NCBI GenBank assembly: GCA_963845755.1
Contig: CAWJTV010000025.1
Span: forward strand, 1 to 64,000
DNA: 64,000 nt
Direction of reading: 5' to 3'
Origin: an uncultured Planctomycetota bacterium
GTDB taxonomy: Bacteria > Planctomycetota > Planctomycetia > Isosphaerales > Isosphaeraceae
The position numbers and the translations under genes are program-made. Every line of letters starts with the position of its first letter. Positions within the stretch are counted from its first letter, which is position 1. Below are positions 22,037 to 35,100 of the stretch, piece after piece. The notes beneath the pieces were generated by a model that worked only from the letters and a program-made list of their open reading frames with translations, did not search any database and was not told the DNA's origin.

Positions 22037-24777
22037 CTACTTCTTGAACTCCCCCTTCTCGTAGCGAGCCCAGAACTCCGCCGCCGGCCAGGCCTGGTTC
22101 CAGTCGGTGCCGATGCTCTTGAGACTCTTCATGTTGCGGAGGGCCTCCAGGCCCTGGGTGGTCAGATTCTTGGGGGTCAGGCGAATCTCCTCGAGCGCCA
22201 TGTCCTTCAGCGGCGACAAGTCGGACACCCTGGTGCGCACCAAGTGGAGCCGCCTCAGGTTCTTGTGGTCCTTGATGTGGGCCAGCCCCACTTCGCTCAC
22301 TTGCGTGTCGCTCAAACTGAGAAGGTTCAGGTCTTTGCAGTTCTCGATCTGAGCCAGGCTCGCGTCGCCCACCCTCGTGCCGGCACAGTTGAGATGAGTG
22401 AGCGGCATCCCATCCAGTGGCGAGAGATCGGATACCTTCGTGCCGCCACAGTGCAGGAACGTCAGCTTCATGCCCTCGAGGGGCGACAGGTCGGATACCG
22501 GGCTGGTACACATCGTGAGCGTCGTGAGTTTCATCCCCTTCAGGGGCGTGAGATCGGAAATCGTCGTGCCTTCGAAATATAAATGTTCCAGCGTACTCAT
22601 GCCCGCGAGGACCGCCAGGTCTTCGGCCTTCCTGCTCAGGACCAGGGTCTCCAGCGGCATTCCCTTCAGTGGCGAGAGGTCGGACGCGCGGATGCTGTCG
22701 CAGTTCAGCACCCTCAGCTTCATGCCCTCGAGCGGCGAGAGGTCGGTTACCCGCGTGCCATAGCACGAGAATTCCGTCAAGGGCATGCCTTTGAGGGGCG
22801 AGAGCTCAAATAGCTCACCCTTGGCGAGGACCAAGGTCCTCAGAGGCAACCCGCTCAGGGGCGAGAGGTCAGTCAGTGGACTATTGCGGTCTCCGAAGCC
22901 GGAGCACTTCAGAGACCTCAACCTGGTGAGCGCACGCACCGGCGAGATGTCGGTCACGTCATCGGTGTTGAACACCAGTTCCCGAACCACGCCATTCTCG
23001 ATGGTGGGAACGACGGCGCTGTCGAAGCCGGGATTGAGCTCCTTCAAACGAGCGCCCACAGCCCTCACCTGCTCGGCCGCCGACAGGGCGCCCACGACAC
23101 GCTCCCACGCCAGCACGTCGGGGGACGGCGTCGCGGCTTTCGAGGCAGGGGACGTCTCCCGGCTGACCCGGACGACCTGGCGGCCATTGTTCGTGACGTT
23201 CACCAGTTCCTGCCGCACGAGCTTGCCGTTCTTGCTCGCTTCGACGGTGTAGCGACCCGGTTGCAGTCGGATTTCCCTGACCCCCGCTCCCGTGATCACG
23301 ACGCCGGACCCCTCGATCTGGACGCTGACTCCGGGGTCGTCAACTTCCACGACCAGCGTGCCTTCCGGCGTGAATAGGCGAATGACCGTTCGGTGGAGAT
23401 CGGTAACGCCGGTCGTTTCCGTGAAGCCGAGGCTTCCGAGCAACAGCGCGAGTGCGGCCGCGGCGACCGCCCAGCGCCGCTCGCGGACCGTCGGCCGACG
23501 AGCCGTCGGCGCGGGTTCCGGGATCTCCTCCCACGGCGGCGGCTTCGCCGTCGCCGGACTCGGGACATCCGGAAGCATGGGGATCTTACCGGGCCGCTGG
23601 AGATCCGCCAGGCGTCGCGCGAGCACGTCGGCCACGTCCTGGGCCGAGATGATCCGGTCGGCCGGGTCCTTGGCGTGCAGCCCCGAGATTAGCTCGCACA
23701 GCCAGTCCGGGACCTCCGGGATGATCTCCCGGATCGAGCGGGGCGTGTCTTCCGCGACGCGCTTGAGTACGGCCATCGTGTTCGCGGCCCGGAATGGCGG
23801 CCGGCCGCAGCACATCGCGTAGAGGACACTGCCCAGGCTGAACACGTCGGCCCGCTGGTCGATCGTCTCGCCCCGCGCCTGCTCGGCGCCATGTACATCG
23901 GCGTGCCGGCGATGCATCCCGACTGCGTGACGCTGGCGTCATCGGCCGCGCGGGCCAGGCCGAAATCCGTGATCTTGACATGCTCGACGCCGGCTTCCAG
24001 CAGGATATTGCCCGGCTTGATGTCGCGGTGAATCAAGCCCATCGCATGCGCCGCGGCCAGACCGGCGGCGATCTGCTGGCCGATGCGGAGCACGTCCACC
24101 AACACCAGGGGACCGGTCGCGTCGACCTTCTGCTGCAACGTTCGCCCGGCGACATACTCCATGACCAGATAGGGGATGGGCTGGTCCTCGACGGCGTAGA
24201 TGGCGATCACATTCTCGTGGCGAACGGCCGCCGCCGACCGCGCCTCGCGCACGAAGCGCTTGCGGGCCACCGAGGTCGTGGCCAGGAAAGGCGACATGAG
24301 CTTGATGGCGACGAACCGATGCAGCTTCTTGTCGAACGCCCTGACCACGGTCCCGAAGCCGCCGTTGCCCAGGACCTCCAGCACCTCGTAATGCGCCAGC
24401 CGGCCCAGCGAGCCGGGCCGCTCCGATGGCTGCAGGACGCTCAGGGCGCTCTCGATATCGTCGCCGCGCTCCTGATCGAGGGTCTCGATCGCGCCGGCCC
24501 CCGCCTCGGGATCCCACGAGTTCCCTTCCAAGCCGCTTGTCGGACCAACGCTCGTCGCGTCCTCGGCCGCATGGCGCGGGTCGAAGTCATCGCGATCGAC
24601 GGCGGGTTGGGCCAGGAAATCCTGCGCTCTCGGATGGGCCTCCAGGAGCCGTTCCACCCGGCCGCGCAACGCGTCGTCGTCGCCGCAGGCGTGATCCAGA
24701 TAATCCGCCCGCGCGGCCGTCGTTTTCTTCTCCAGAGCGGCGAAGAAGATCGATTCTATGTTTGAACTATTGTTCAT
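22037..24777 (-). CDS. Ser/Thr protein kinase with a TM helix and C-terminal leucine-rich repeats; frameshift near 23890
   Basis: LGNGGFG, VAIK, HRDIKPGN, DFG, GTPMYMA(PEQ); TM WAVAAAALALLLG; repeated V(S/T)DLSPL.GM.L units. Confidence 0.9.
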
Positions 24778-25264
24778 TTTTTTGTTCCCATGGCGAATGA
24801 CTCCGGGGACCATGCTTTGGATCGTCGGATCGAGACCGAACGTCGTCGGATCCCTCTCTTGCCCAAGGACCATCCCGCACTCGCCACCGCAGCCGACGCG
24901 ACCATCGCAACCAGTGCTCGTGTCCTCTCGGGAGATTGGGCCCGGGCCAGCTCGTCCCACAATTCCATGCCCGAGCGTCCCGACGGTCCATCGGCGTGAC
25001 GATCCGCGCCCATGTCTCCCAGCGCGGCCTCGACGGCTGGGCCGGTGTCCTCTGGCCTCTGCATGAACGATGCTCTCATCGGCAGGCGGCGAGCGACGAT
25101 CGCGGCCTCGGACGACGCCGTGGGCCTGGCCTGCGCCCGGGTCGTGTCCCTGGTTGTGGGTCGGGCGGGTGTCGGAACGGTTGGGGCGAGCTTTCGGCCG
25201 GTCGCGGGCGGGACCTTCGCCTTTCGGTTCTCCGCAGCCGGCGATCGGCCGTTGACCTCCAGGA

Positions 25265-26080
25265 TCACGGTGCGTGCGCCCGTTCCCAGGACCGCTCCAG
25301 GCCGATCACCAGCCGCTCCCACGGCGTCGCTCGCTCGACGATCGCCTGGGATGCCCCGTCGTCTGGCTTGGCTTCATCGCCCGGCTCGTCTCCCGAATCG
25401 CTGGAGCTGTCGTTGGCCTGGCTCGATCCCATGCTCTGGCCCGCGCCGGTCGAACCCCCCGTCGCCGATGTGCCGCCGCCGGAATTTCCACCCAGCAGCT
25501 TGCCCACGGCCATCGCGACCGGTCCGGCGTCGGTCTGGACCCGCGGCCCCGGAATCATCGTCCAGCTCGACCCGCTGCCCTGACCCAGGAGCACCGAGAC
25601 GTCATTGGAGCCGGTGTCGGCGACCAGCAGGTCGGGCTGGCCGTTGAGGTTGGCGACCGTCAATCCGGTGGGGTCGGTGCCGACGGGGAAGCCCGCCGTG
25701 CCGTCGATCAGCGGCGTGCCGGCGAACCCTGGCTGAGACGTCCCGTCGATCAGGACCGGGTTGGTGATCGTGGGCAGGGGCGAGAGCGGGGTGATCGTCT
25801 GGATGCCGGTGCCGGGGATGGCGAAGTCGATCGTGTTCGTGCCGCCGGTCGCGGTGTTGGAAGCGAGGATCGCCTGGCGGAGTGAGCCGGGGCCGCTGTC
25901 GTGCGTGTTGCTCACCAGGAAGGACGACAGGAGGGTTCGGTCCTTCATGCCCTCCAGGCCGGGGCGGAGCCGGAAAAGCGTTGCGCTGAATCCAGCGGGA
26001 GATCGGCTTCGTCGACGACCGTGAAGGCGCCGGCGAGGGGCAAGGATGCCGGATTTCGTTGGGCGGAGAAGAGTGATCAT
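25265..26080 (-). pseudogene. Internally deleted exported protein (LEPRxLL-like leader, FG-GAP-like segment)
   Basis: RLRPGLEGMKDRTLLS, NTHDSGPGSLRQAI, PLPTITNPVLIDG, then an abrupt jump to NGQPDLLVADTGSNDVSVLLG. Confidence 0.6.
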
Positions 26081-26145
26081 CGTAGCTCGTCCGGTACGGG
26101 TTTCGTCGAGACTCAATGGTCGGTCGATACGGGATCGGGGCTGGC

Positions 26146-29100
26146 TCACGAAGTCGAATGCATGAGATGATTACGAATCCCGACGCTCCCGAAGCGCATG
26201 CCCGGGCTCCGGCTCGATCCGCGGCGGATCGAGCGGAGGGCCGGATCATTCAGGATCGCGTCGCGGTCGTCCTGGTCGGGGGCGTACTTGAGGGCCTCAT
26301 CGAGCAGGTTCATCGCGCGGCTACGATAGTTGCGGTAGAGGGCAATGGCCCGCTCGCCCTGGCGGCTGACGTCCTGGGCGGCGAACTCGACCGCCAGGGC
26401 GTAGACGCGGGCGGCGTTGAAGAGGGCCTGGGCTTTGGCTTTGCGCTCTTCGTCCGTGCGCGGGACCATGGCCGAGGCGAGTCGGGCCGCGGACTCGGCG
26501 TCGGTCACCGCAGGCCGCCAATCGCCCGTCCGGATACGGGCCAACCCTCGACCGCCCAGGGCCTCGCTCTGTTTCGCATCCAGCCGCAGCGACTCCTCGA
26601 AGTCGAGCAGGGCCAGCTTGGGTGCGTCGGCGAAGTAGTAGGCCATGCCGCGCAGGTTCAACAGCCGGGTGCGCGGGGCCTTTGCGGATTCCGGCGTGAG
26701 CTCGAGCGCCTCGTTGAAGTCGGCGACCGCCGCGGTGAATTGCCTGCGCCCCTCGCGGGCCAGGCCGCGGAGCTCGAAGATCTCGGCCGAGCGCTGGCCG
26801 CGCGCGATGAAGGCGTTGGCCGAGGCCAGCACCTCGTCGTACCGCTTCAGCTCCATCAGGGCCGAGATCCGCACGCGATGGGCCGCGGCGTCATCGGGGA
26901 GGATCGCCAGGGCCGCGTCGCAGGCGGCCAGCGTCTCCTGCGCCTGTCCGCCGGCGAAGAAGAGCTTGGCCCGGTCGACGTGGTCCCGGGCCTTGAGCAA
27001 CTTGTCCGGCTCATGGCGGATCGCCTCGTCGAGGTCGCGGATCGCCGCCTTGCGCTGGTCCGGTGTGATGTCGCTCCGGTAGGCATACAGCAGGGCCCGG
27101 CTGCGATACAGCCCGGCCGTCACGATCGGTTCCGGATGGCAGGCGATGGCCCGTTCGAACGACGCGGCGGCGGCGTCCAGCCGACCCTGGCGCTGGTAGA
27201 CCTGGGCCAACGTGGCGTGAGCCGGGTACAGGCTCGGCTTGAGCCGGATGGCCGCTTCGAGGTCGACGACCGCGTCATCGAGGCGGTTCGCCTGGATTCC
27301 CATCAGGCCACGGTTGGTGAGCAGGACGTATCGCAGATCGTCGCTGGGCTTCAGCGTGAGGACCTGGCGGTAATCGGCCTCCGCGGACGCGATCGCCTCC
27401 TTCGCGTCTTGCCGGAGACGGGCGGCTTCCGCTTCATCGGGGTGCGATTGGGCGATCTTTTCCAGGGCCTGGTTGCCCTCCTCCCCGGCGACAAGGGCAC
27501 GCATCAGATACAGGGCCACCAGGTCGCGATGGCTCCGGATGCACGTGGTCAAGCTGGTCCTGGCCTGGCTCAACGCCTTCGGTTGCATGTTGAGGTAGCA
27601 GACCGCGAGCAGGAGGTGGGCCGACGTGTTCTCGGGATCGGCTTGCAGGGCCGAGTTGAGCGGACGAACGGCGTCGGCGAACCGGCGGCGGAGGACCAGC
27701 TCGCGACCGTTGAGAAAGGAGTCCAGCGCCGTCACGGGATCGATCCGGCTGGCTTCTCGATTCTCGCGGTCCCGGCCCGCGAGGTCGCCGGTGCGCTCGA
27801 GGCACTCGGCGCGGCGGCGGTGGTACGCGGCGGTCGTCTTCGGGCGAAGCCGGACCGCCCGGTCCAGAATCCGCAGGCCCTCGGCAGGCTTGCCCGCCTG
27901 CGATAGGATCAAGAGCAAGTTGTAGCAGTCGTCGGCCACCCTGGCCTTCTCGGCATCCTGCAACCCGGCCGGCAACGACTCGATCAGGGTCCAGGCCTCG
28001 TCGGACGCCCCCGGATCCCGGGCGTAAATGGTCAGCGCCTTATGGGCCGAGGCCTGGAGCTTCTCGAATCGGTCCTTCTCGTTCAGCACTCCGAAGCCCG
28101 TCGCGGACAACTGGGCGTCCTGACTCAGGTCCAGGAACTTCTGATAGCGTTCTCTGTCCGCGCGGATGCGTTGCTCGGCCTCTGCGCTCAATCTCTCCGC
28201 ATCAAGCCGCTTGCCCACCCACTTCAGCTTGTCTTCGACGCGGCGTGCAATCTGCTTGAGTCGCGGCTCGGCCTGGGCAACTTTCAAGTAAGTGGCCAGG
28301 TCAACCTGAGCCTCCTGATACTCCTTCTGGCTGTTGGCCCTGTCGGCCACCTCCAGCACCTCCATTCCATGATTCTGCTCCTGGAGGACCCAGGCGTTCT
28401 GCTGGCTCTCATAGTTCAGCTTGTAGCGCTGGTAGCCGATGACGCCTCCGGTCAGGCCGATGAGCAGCAGGACGCCCGCGGCCACGGACAAGGCAGCGAC
28501 CGGGTGCCTCTTCGACCACTTGTACCCGCGCTCCCACACCGTGATTGGCCTGGCCTTGATCGGTCGGCCTTCCCGGTAACGATCCAGGTCGTCGGCCATG
28601 TCCTCGGCCGTCGCGTATCGTCGTTGCGGGTCCTTGTTCAGGCACTTCAGGCAGATGGTCTCGAGATCGCGAGCCAGCCGCGGCACCAACCGTGATGGCG
28701 GCACCGGGTCCTCATGGATGACCAGGCGGACCGTCTCCATCACCGTCGCGCCCTTGAGGGGGGTACGACCGGTCAGGACCTCGTAAAGGATCGCGCCCAG
28801 CGCATAGATATCGGCCGCCGGGCCGACGTCCTTGGTACGTCCCAGGGCCTGCTCGGGAGCCATGTAGCTGGGCGTGCCCATGATGTCGCCGCTTTGGGTC
28901 TGGTGATCCTCCGATTCCAGCCGCTTGGCCAGCCCGAAGTCGGTGATCTTGGGTGTTCCGTCGCCGGCCAGGAGCACGTTGGCCGGCTTGAGGTCGCGGT
29001 GGACGATCCGGGCTTGATGCGCGGCGTGAATGGCCCGGGCCAGGGTCGCCATCAGCTCGGCGGCCGCAATGCCCGGCTGGGGTGTCCCCGCCAATCGAGT

Positions 29101-30149
29101 TGCGAGGTCTCCTCCGTCGAGAAACTCCAGCGAAACGAACGGCATGCCGTCCACTTCGCCGATGTCGTAGATCTGCACGATGTTCGGGTGCCGGAGCTGG
29201 GCGACCGCCTCGGCCTCGATCCGGAAGCGGGCCAGTTGATTCGGCCCCGCCATGCTCCCGCCAATGATCATCTTGAGCGCGACGAGGCGATTCAGCCCTG
29301 TCTGTCGGGCCTTGTAGACGACGCCCATCCCGCCACGGCCGAGCGTTCCCAGGATCTCGTAGCCGGGAACCTCGGGCGTGCCGGTCGTTGATTTCGCCGG
29401 GCTCACGACGGTTGAGGGACCTCGAGGCCGGATCACACTGGCCGTTTGGTTGGGGTCGGTGGCACTCAGGCTGGCCGTTCGGTTGGGGTCGATGTCGTGT
29501 TCATGGCCGGGAATCTCGTCCGTGTTCGCGACGGTCCGGTCAGGGATCACCGACCCGGTGGACGTCTGGGGAGTCAAATCGCCGGTCACCCCGAAATCAC
29601 GAGGCGATTCCGCATCGAAGTGGCCGGCGACTCCGGAATCGGCGATCGGTTGCGCCTCCGGGGCGACGGTCGCCAGGGGATCGACCGACGGACCGAACTG
29701 GACTTCGGTCGGAGCCGGAGAGCGGCCGTTGTCTCCTCGTTCGGTTGGCGTAACCTCTGTAATGATTGAGCATTCGGCGTTTCGAGGGAGGTCATGGTAA
29801 CATCGGACGAAGTGGTCGGTGCCGGTCCGGGACGGCTGCCTTGCCCGGGGATGTCCTCCCGCCGGCCGGGCTGCGGCGTCGGACCATCGTCGGCGATAGT
29901 CCGGTCTGGGTCGGGTCGTGATCCAGGCGGGTGGGGCTCACGGTCGAGTGCGTCGCCCCCAGGACGCTCGACGGCAGGCCGGGCCATGAAATCCGCCGCC
30001 TGAGGATGAGCTTCCAGCAGCCGTTCCACCCGACGGCGCAGCTCGGCATCGCCGCCGCAAGCGTGATCGAGATAATCGGCTCGCTCCGCCGTTGTCTTCT
30101 TGCTCAGCGCGGCAAAAAAAATCGACTCGACCCGTGACGGAGTGCTCAT
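26146..30149 (-). CDS. Ser/Thr protein kinase with a TM helix and a long TPR array; frameshift near 29770
   Basis: N-terminus MSTPSRVESIFFAAL; LGRGGMG, VALK, HRDLKPAN, DFG, GTPSYMAPEQ; TM ALSVAAGVLLLIGL; many TPR-like helices. Confidence 0.92.
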
Positions 30150-30178
30150 GGCATCGCTCCGATCTCGCTGCGCTCCGG

Positions 30179-30278
30179 CCCCGCCTTCGTAAGGGGGGAC
30201 AAGGACCGGGCCGGTTCGCCGGAATCGTCCCCCCCTTACGAAGGGGGGGCGACGCCGACAGGCGTCGGGGGGGGTTCT
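30179..30278. repeat. REP-like palindromic element (two inverted CCCCCTT-x-AAGGGGG hairpins)
   Basis: CCCCGCCTTCGTAAGGGGGG at 30179 and CCCCCCCTTACGAAGGGGGGG at 30229; related copy at 35272..35368. Confidence 0.75.
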
Positions 30279-30509
30279 GCGCATCGGACCTGGGGTGTGC
30301 TCGATTCAACCGTTCGGCTCTCTAGCTCAATGCGACACGACCTACAAGTTTTCAAGTCACTTTTCGTTGTCGTTGATCAGCTACGGGTACCGCCGGCCCG
30401 GCAGCGCCGCACGGCGAGGACCTCCTGCACGGCGGATTCGAACCGCCAGAGCGCGACCACGTGACCTGATGTCAGGAGAGCTGATTCGGGCGCGTTCGCT
30501 CGCTGTCCT

Positions 30510-30539
30510 CAATGCGACGAAACCGCGCGAAACCCCTCA
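30510..30539 (-). promoter_or_regulatory. Conserved bipartite motif, copy 1 (putative ECF promoter)
   Basis: Minus strand TGAGGGGTTTCGCGCGGTTTCGTCGCATTG, oriented toward the TPR kinase start. Confidence 0.6.
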
Positions 30540-30569
30540 ATGATCAAGAACCATTTTTGCTGTCGCACC

Positions 30570-30625
30570 GACGGCGATGACCCAGGGTGCGCCTGCGGCC
30601 ACCCTGGGCTTTGTTGGGGTACGCC
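30570..30625. repeat. REP-like hairpin
   Basis: CCCAGGGTG-cgcctgcggc-CACCCTGGG followed by CTTTG. Confidence 0.5.
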
Positions 30626-30884
30626 AGGCGCAAAGGCGAAATCGTCAGGAGCCGGATCAGCGGTCTCCTCGTGCTTCATCCACCCAGTTGGAGAGATTGT
30701 GACGGCTTGTTGGACCTGGAGGACCTGCTCGGCCCGGATGGCTGCATTCGAGGGGACGTCACACGCCCCAGGAGCACCCAGACCGGGGCCGCCGAGCTCG
30801 CCTGGGGCAAGGGATCGGGATCGAGCGAGACGTGTTTGGCGGCGTCCCGCATCAGCGTCCCCACGTTGTGGCGGCGGACTGGAC

Positions 30885-31037
30885 AGGTTCTCTGCCGAAG
30901 GCGAGGCGCACCAATTGGTTCATTGCATCGAGGCGATCGGTGCCGGGGGCTCGGTTGGCCAGAGCCCGGGCCGATTCCTGGGACAGCCGGCTGTTGAGCA
31001 GGCTCAGCGCCTGGGGAGCGATCGTCGTGACCGCCCG
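30885..31037 (-). pseudogene. DUF1553-like C-terminal fragment
   Basis: RAVTTIAPQALSLLNSRLSQESARALA..LVRLAFGREP resembles the C-terminus of planctomycete DUF1553 proteins. Confidence 0.5.
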
Positions 31038-31135
31038 GCGCCATCGAAGTTGGCACCGGTCAGGGTGGTGCCTGTCAGGTGGAAGCCCTTCCAGTTCTCA
31101 ACGGAGAGGTTGGCCTTGGCCAGCTCGGTTCCGAG
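31034..31135 (-). pseudogene. Pentapeptide-repeat remnant in frame behind the GT41 stop codon
   Basis: LGTELAKANLSVENWKGFHLTGTTLTGANFDGAG directly after TGA 31136-31138. Confidence 0.65.
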
Positions 31136-33033
31136 TCAGTTGGTTTCGCTCATCACGATCGGCTCCGTGCCCTTGTAGTATTGGTTGTCCGATACGACGT
31201 TCCGCACAAACTGAGCGAATTGCTTGGCTCCCTTGGCGGCGTAGACTGTCTTCGTGAGATCGACGTCGGCCAGTCGCTGTGCTTGCTCGGCGCGATAGTC
31301 CACGTCATCCACCAGGCGAATCAACTTCTTGCCGTATTCTTCGTCCGTGGTCGCAATCAGTTCCAGTAAGCCGGCCGAACGCAGCATCGCCGGCCCAATC
31401 CGGTTGAACCAGCGATACCCCTCTCGCACCAGGGTCGGCTTCCGCAGGTACAGATTGTCAGAGACGGTATTCGATCCGGCGAACGGGAAGACGTCGATGG
31501 CGAAGTCCCCTTCTTCCATCAGGGCCATGTATTGCTCGTAGGCCACAGGCGGCACAAGTTCCACCCAGCAATTGTTCAGTTGACGCGACATGTCGATGCT
31601 GAATGCCGCGTTGCCCTTGTGTAGGAACGGGGCTGCTCCGGCAAAAATCCTGACCTTTACCCGGTTCTTGCACTGCTTGAGGGCATTGTTGACCGTTTCC
31701 AGAAACCTCCAGTGAATCTTCTGTCCGGACCAGGAGCCGTTGATCAACACTTCGGAACCGGTTTTCTTGCGGCCCTGAATGGGATAAGTGGGCTCATCGT
31801 GCACCGCACCATAACCTGGCAGAAGGACAAGCCGTTCGGAATAGTTCTGCTGCGCGATGATTGCCAGGTCCACGTCCTGGCCGCTGATGAAATAGTCGAT
31901 CTGTGCGCCAAAGGTGCTCGCAGGATGCCCGGTCATCATCATCTGAACCGGCGCGATCCGGAGATTCGCCATCAAAATCGACGGCAGAGTCATGCCGATG
32001 TCCGGGAAGATCAGCGCCGCAAAGTCGTTCGTAACGAACGGCGACGGGTCCAGTCGTAAACCCTCGCACTTGAGGCGATGGACGTGGTCGAACAACGAGG
32101 TATCGAGTTCATTGATGGGGCGGAGCGAATGCAGCAACGTCAGTTCGAAATCGGATTTCAGCGCTTCGATGTATTTCCACAGAGTCCGATGCACACTATG
32201 GCCTCTGGCCCAGTATTCGCTGAAGACCGCAATCTTCCGCCGATTCGGTGTGTTCTGGATTGGCACCGGCATCCATTTCTGGATCGTCCAGTTGATCAAC
32301 TCCTTGGCCCGTCGCTCTTCAGGAATGCCCAGGTAGGTGCAACCGAAGTAGAGTTCCTGCATATCCAGCGCAGGGACCATCCGGTGTTCCATCTGCGCAG
32401 GAATCGCGAAAGATTACGGGTCACTTTTTCGTTGCAATTGCCGCTGCAGACGACCTTCCAGGTCTGATAAAGCCAAACGCTGGCAAGTTCGGGGCTCCCG
32501 ACCAGCAGGTTGCCGAACTCGACAGGCGTCTCGTTACGGGCCGAGTACAACACCATCGTTTTGTAAACTTGCTGTTTCTGGCCGAACAACTGGCGAATCA
32601 AAGGGTCTGTGGTGGTGCCCAGACAACCCGCCACGATATTGCCGATCATGACATTCTTGGCGAGAACTGGAATCGAAAGCGGCTCCAACACTTCAAAATC
32701 GGGCTGAACGAAGACCGCAAGTGCCGTCGCAACCAGCCTGCCCAGTTGACTCTTTTCGGCGTCATCGAACATCGCGAGATTCAGAGACTCGATCGTCTGG
32801 AGCAAATGCAGGAAAACGAGGTTGGCATTTTCCAGGTTACCCGCCGCATAAGCCATCAAGAGATTCCGGAGAATGGACTCCACCTGGTTGGGGTCTGCGG
32901 AAGCAGCGGAGCCTGGCTGCGGAAGTATGGGTGGCGGCGAGTCGACAGGTTTCGTTTCCCGGAGTTCGGTTTGCATTTGGGCTCCAGCGGCGGAAGCAAA
33001 GTTGCCGTCGGAAGGGTGGTCTTCGGGTGTCAT
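31136..33033 (-). CDS. GT41 glycosyltransferase, HMW1C/NGT-like (OGT/SPINDLY catalytic fold, no TPRs); frameshift near 32390
   Basis: GHSVHRT, PDIGM...NLRIAPVQMMMTGHPAST..IDYFISG, YSERLVLLPG, DVFPFAGSNT, AMLRSAGLLELIATTDEEY; helical N-terminal domain; no signal peptide. Confidence 0.82.
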
Positions 33034-33054
33034 CAAGATCGCCTTGACTTGAGG

Positions 33055-33218
33055 TAATGGCAACTTCGCGTCGGAGATCGGCCGGATTAGCCTCGACGTC
33101 ACGCTCCTGAAGCAGCCGCAAAGCGTCGTCGATCACCTCGTCTTCCGAGGCGAATCCGCCTTCCTGGATGAAGCTCTGGATGATCTGCTCCCGGTCGCCT
33201 GATCAATGGATCATCATA
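33055..33218 (-). pseudogene. ParD-like (ribbon-helix-helix) antitoxin remnant
   Basis: MMIH*SGDREQIIQSFIQEGGFASEDEVIDDALRLLQER..LRREVAI; internal stop, no toxin gene follows. Confidence 0.55.
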
Positions 33219-33296
33219 ATACGTCTACCGGTTGCTTGTGAGCCTACCACGGTCGTAGCGATTTGTCGAGGTGGCCAGGTTGATGCCGGGACCGTG

Positions 33297-35037
33297 GGGT
33301 GGAAGACGCGGTTCGCGCGGCGTTCGATCCCTGGTAAGCTGTCAAGGTGAGTTTCCCAGATTGTCTATCACCCGAAGTCCAAGGAGGGATCTCCGATGCC
33401 TTTCCAGAAGTCACCATCGATGGATCGAGACGGCGTCGAGCGGCTCGCCGAAGGGTGGGGGAAAGTCGTGGCCCGGCGCAGTCCACGATGAGGTCGGGCC
33501 CGAGTTGGATCTCGACGCCGACGACATCGAGCAGATGGCCATCACCGCCGCCCGCGCCGTCGCTCGGGGCACCATCGCCGATCTGCTGGAGCGGAAGGCC
33601 GCGCTGCTGGGGCCCGAGCAACCCTGCCCGACGTGTCAGCGGCCTTGCGCCGTACAGCGCGAGCCGCGGGCCATCGACTTCTGGGGCGGCGCGGTCACCT
33701 ACGCCGAGCCCCAGTGCCACTGCCCGGCCTGCCGCCGGGATTTTTTTCCCTCAGCGCCGGCGCTACGGCTGACGTCCCATGACTACAGCCCCTCGGTAGT
33801 CCGCAAGATCGTCCGTTCCGCCACCCGCGAGCCCTCCTTCCGCGAGGCAGCCGAGGCCGTCGCCGAATTGGCCGAGGTGGACATCAGCGGCCGGCAACTC
33901 GACCGCATCGCCCGCGAACTCGGCGAGCAGTTGCGGTCCCAGCGGGATGAGCAGGTGGACCGCTTCCAGGCCGGCACGCTCGAGCCGCGCGTCGCGACAC
34001 GGCCAGCCCTGGCGGTCGTCGAGGTCGATGGCGGCCGGCTCCAGATCCGCGGCGCGGGCCAGGGGCCGGGAGCCCACCAGGCCGCCTGGCACGAGGACAA
34101 GATCGCGATCCTGGCGACGATGGCCCCTGTCGTCTCCGAGTGCGACCCCGAGCCGGAATTGCCCGCCTGTTTCCGCGATCGGGCCTACGTCGAGAAGGTC
34201 ATCGGGGCCATCGGCGGGACCGGACCGATGGGCCCGCCGGCCCCCGAGATCCAGGAGCCCGCCGTGCTGCCGATCCCGGCCGTCGCCGAGGCCGCCGAGC
34301 CGCGCGGTACGCCGGAGCTATCGGTGCGCACCTACGTGGCCACGACCGCCCCGGTCGATCGCTTCGGGCCGATGGTCGCCGCCGAGGCCCGACGGCGGAA
34401 CTTCGCCGCGGCCGCCGCCCGGGCGTTCTTGGGGGACGGCTCGGCCTGGATCTGGGGGCTGCACCGCCGCTCTTTCCCGACCTTCGTGGCGATCGTCAAC
34501 TTCCTCCACGCCCTGGCCCACCTCTTCACGGCGGCCCGGGTCATGGTCGCCGACACCGAGGGCCGCTGGGAGTCATTCCAGGCCTGGGCGGAGGCCTGCT
34601 GGAACGGGCGGGTCGATCGGGTGATCGCGGAGCTTCGCACCTGGTGTGATACCCAGATCGCCTTGTGCGGGTGCCCGCTGGAAAGGCTAGCCGACGACGA
34701 CCCCCGGAGGATCGTCGCGCGGGTGCTGGGCTACCTGGAAGACAACCGGGAGCGGATGGACTATCCGCGGCTATCGTCGCGAGGGCCTCCCGTGGACGAC
34801 CAGCCACGTGGAGTCAACGGTGAAGATATTCAACCGCCGGGTGAAGGGGTCGGAGAAGTTCTGGAGCGAGGCCGGTGCCGAAGCGATCCTCCAACTCCGT
34901 GCGGCCTTCCTTTCCGAAGATGGCCGCCTGGACCGCCACCTCAAGGAGCGGCCCAGCAGCCCGTTCCGCAGCTACAAAGCCAGGAAGACTGGGGAAGCCG
35001 CGTAACTCGTCAGAAAAACGAACCGCGTCTTCCACCC
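33297..35037 (+). mobile_element. ISKra4-family-like IS with intact ends
   Basis: Perfect 19-bp IRs GGGTGGAAGACGCGGTTCG / CGAACCGCGTCTTCCACCC; 9-bp TSD GGGACCGTG (33288-33296 and 35038-35046); transposase motifs CPTC..CPAC, VDGG, GDGSAWIW, FLHA, MDYP, VESTVK..RVKG. Confidence 0.9.
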
Positions 35038-35100
35038 GGGACCGTGGGGAACCTGTCTGGGCGGGGGCTGCACGGACAACAACCGGGACCATCCGCCACG

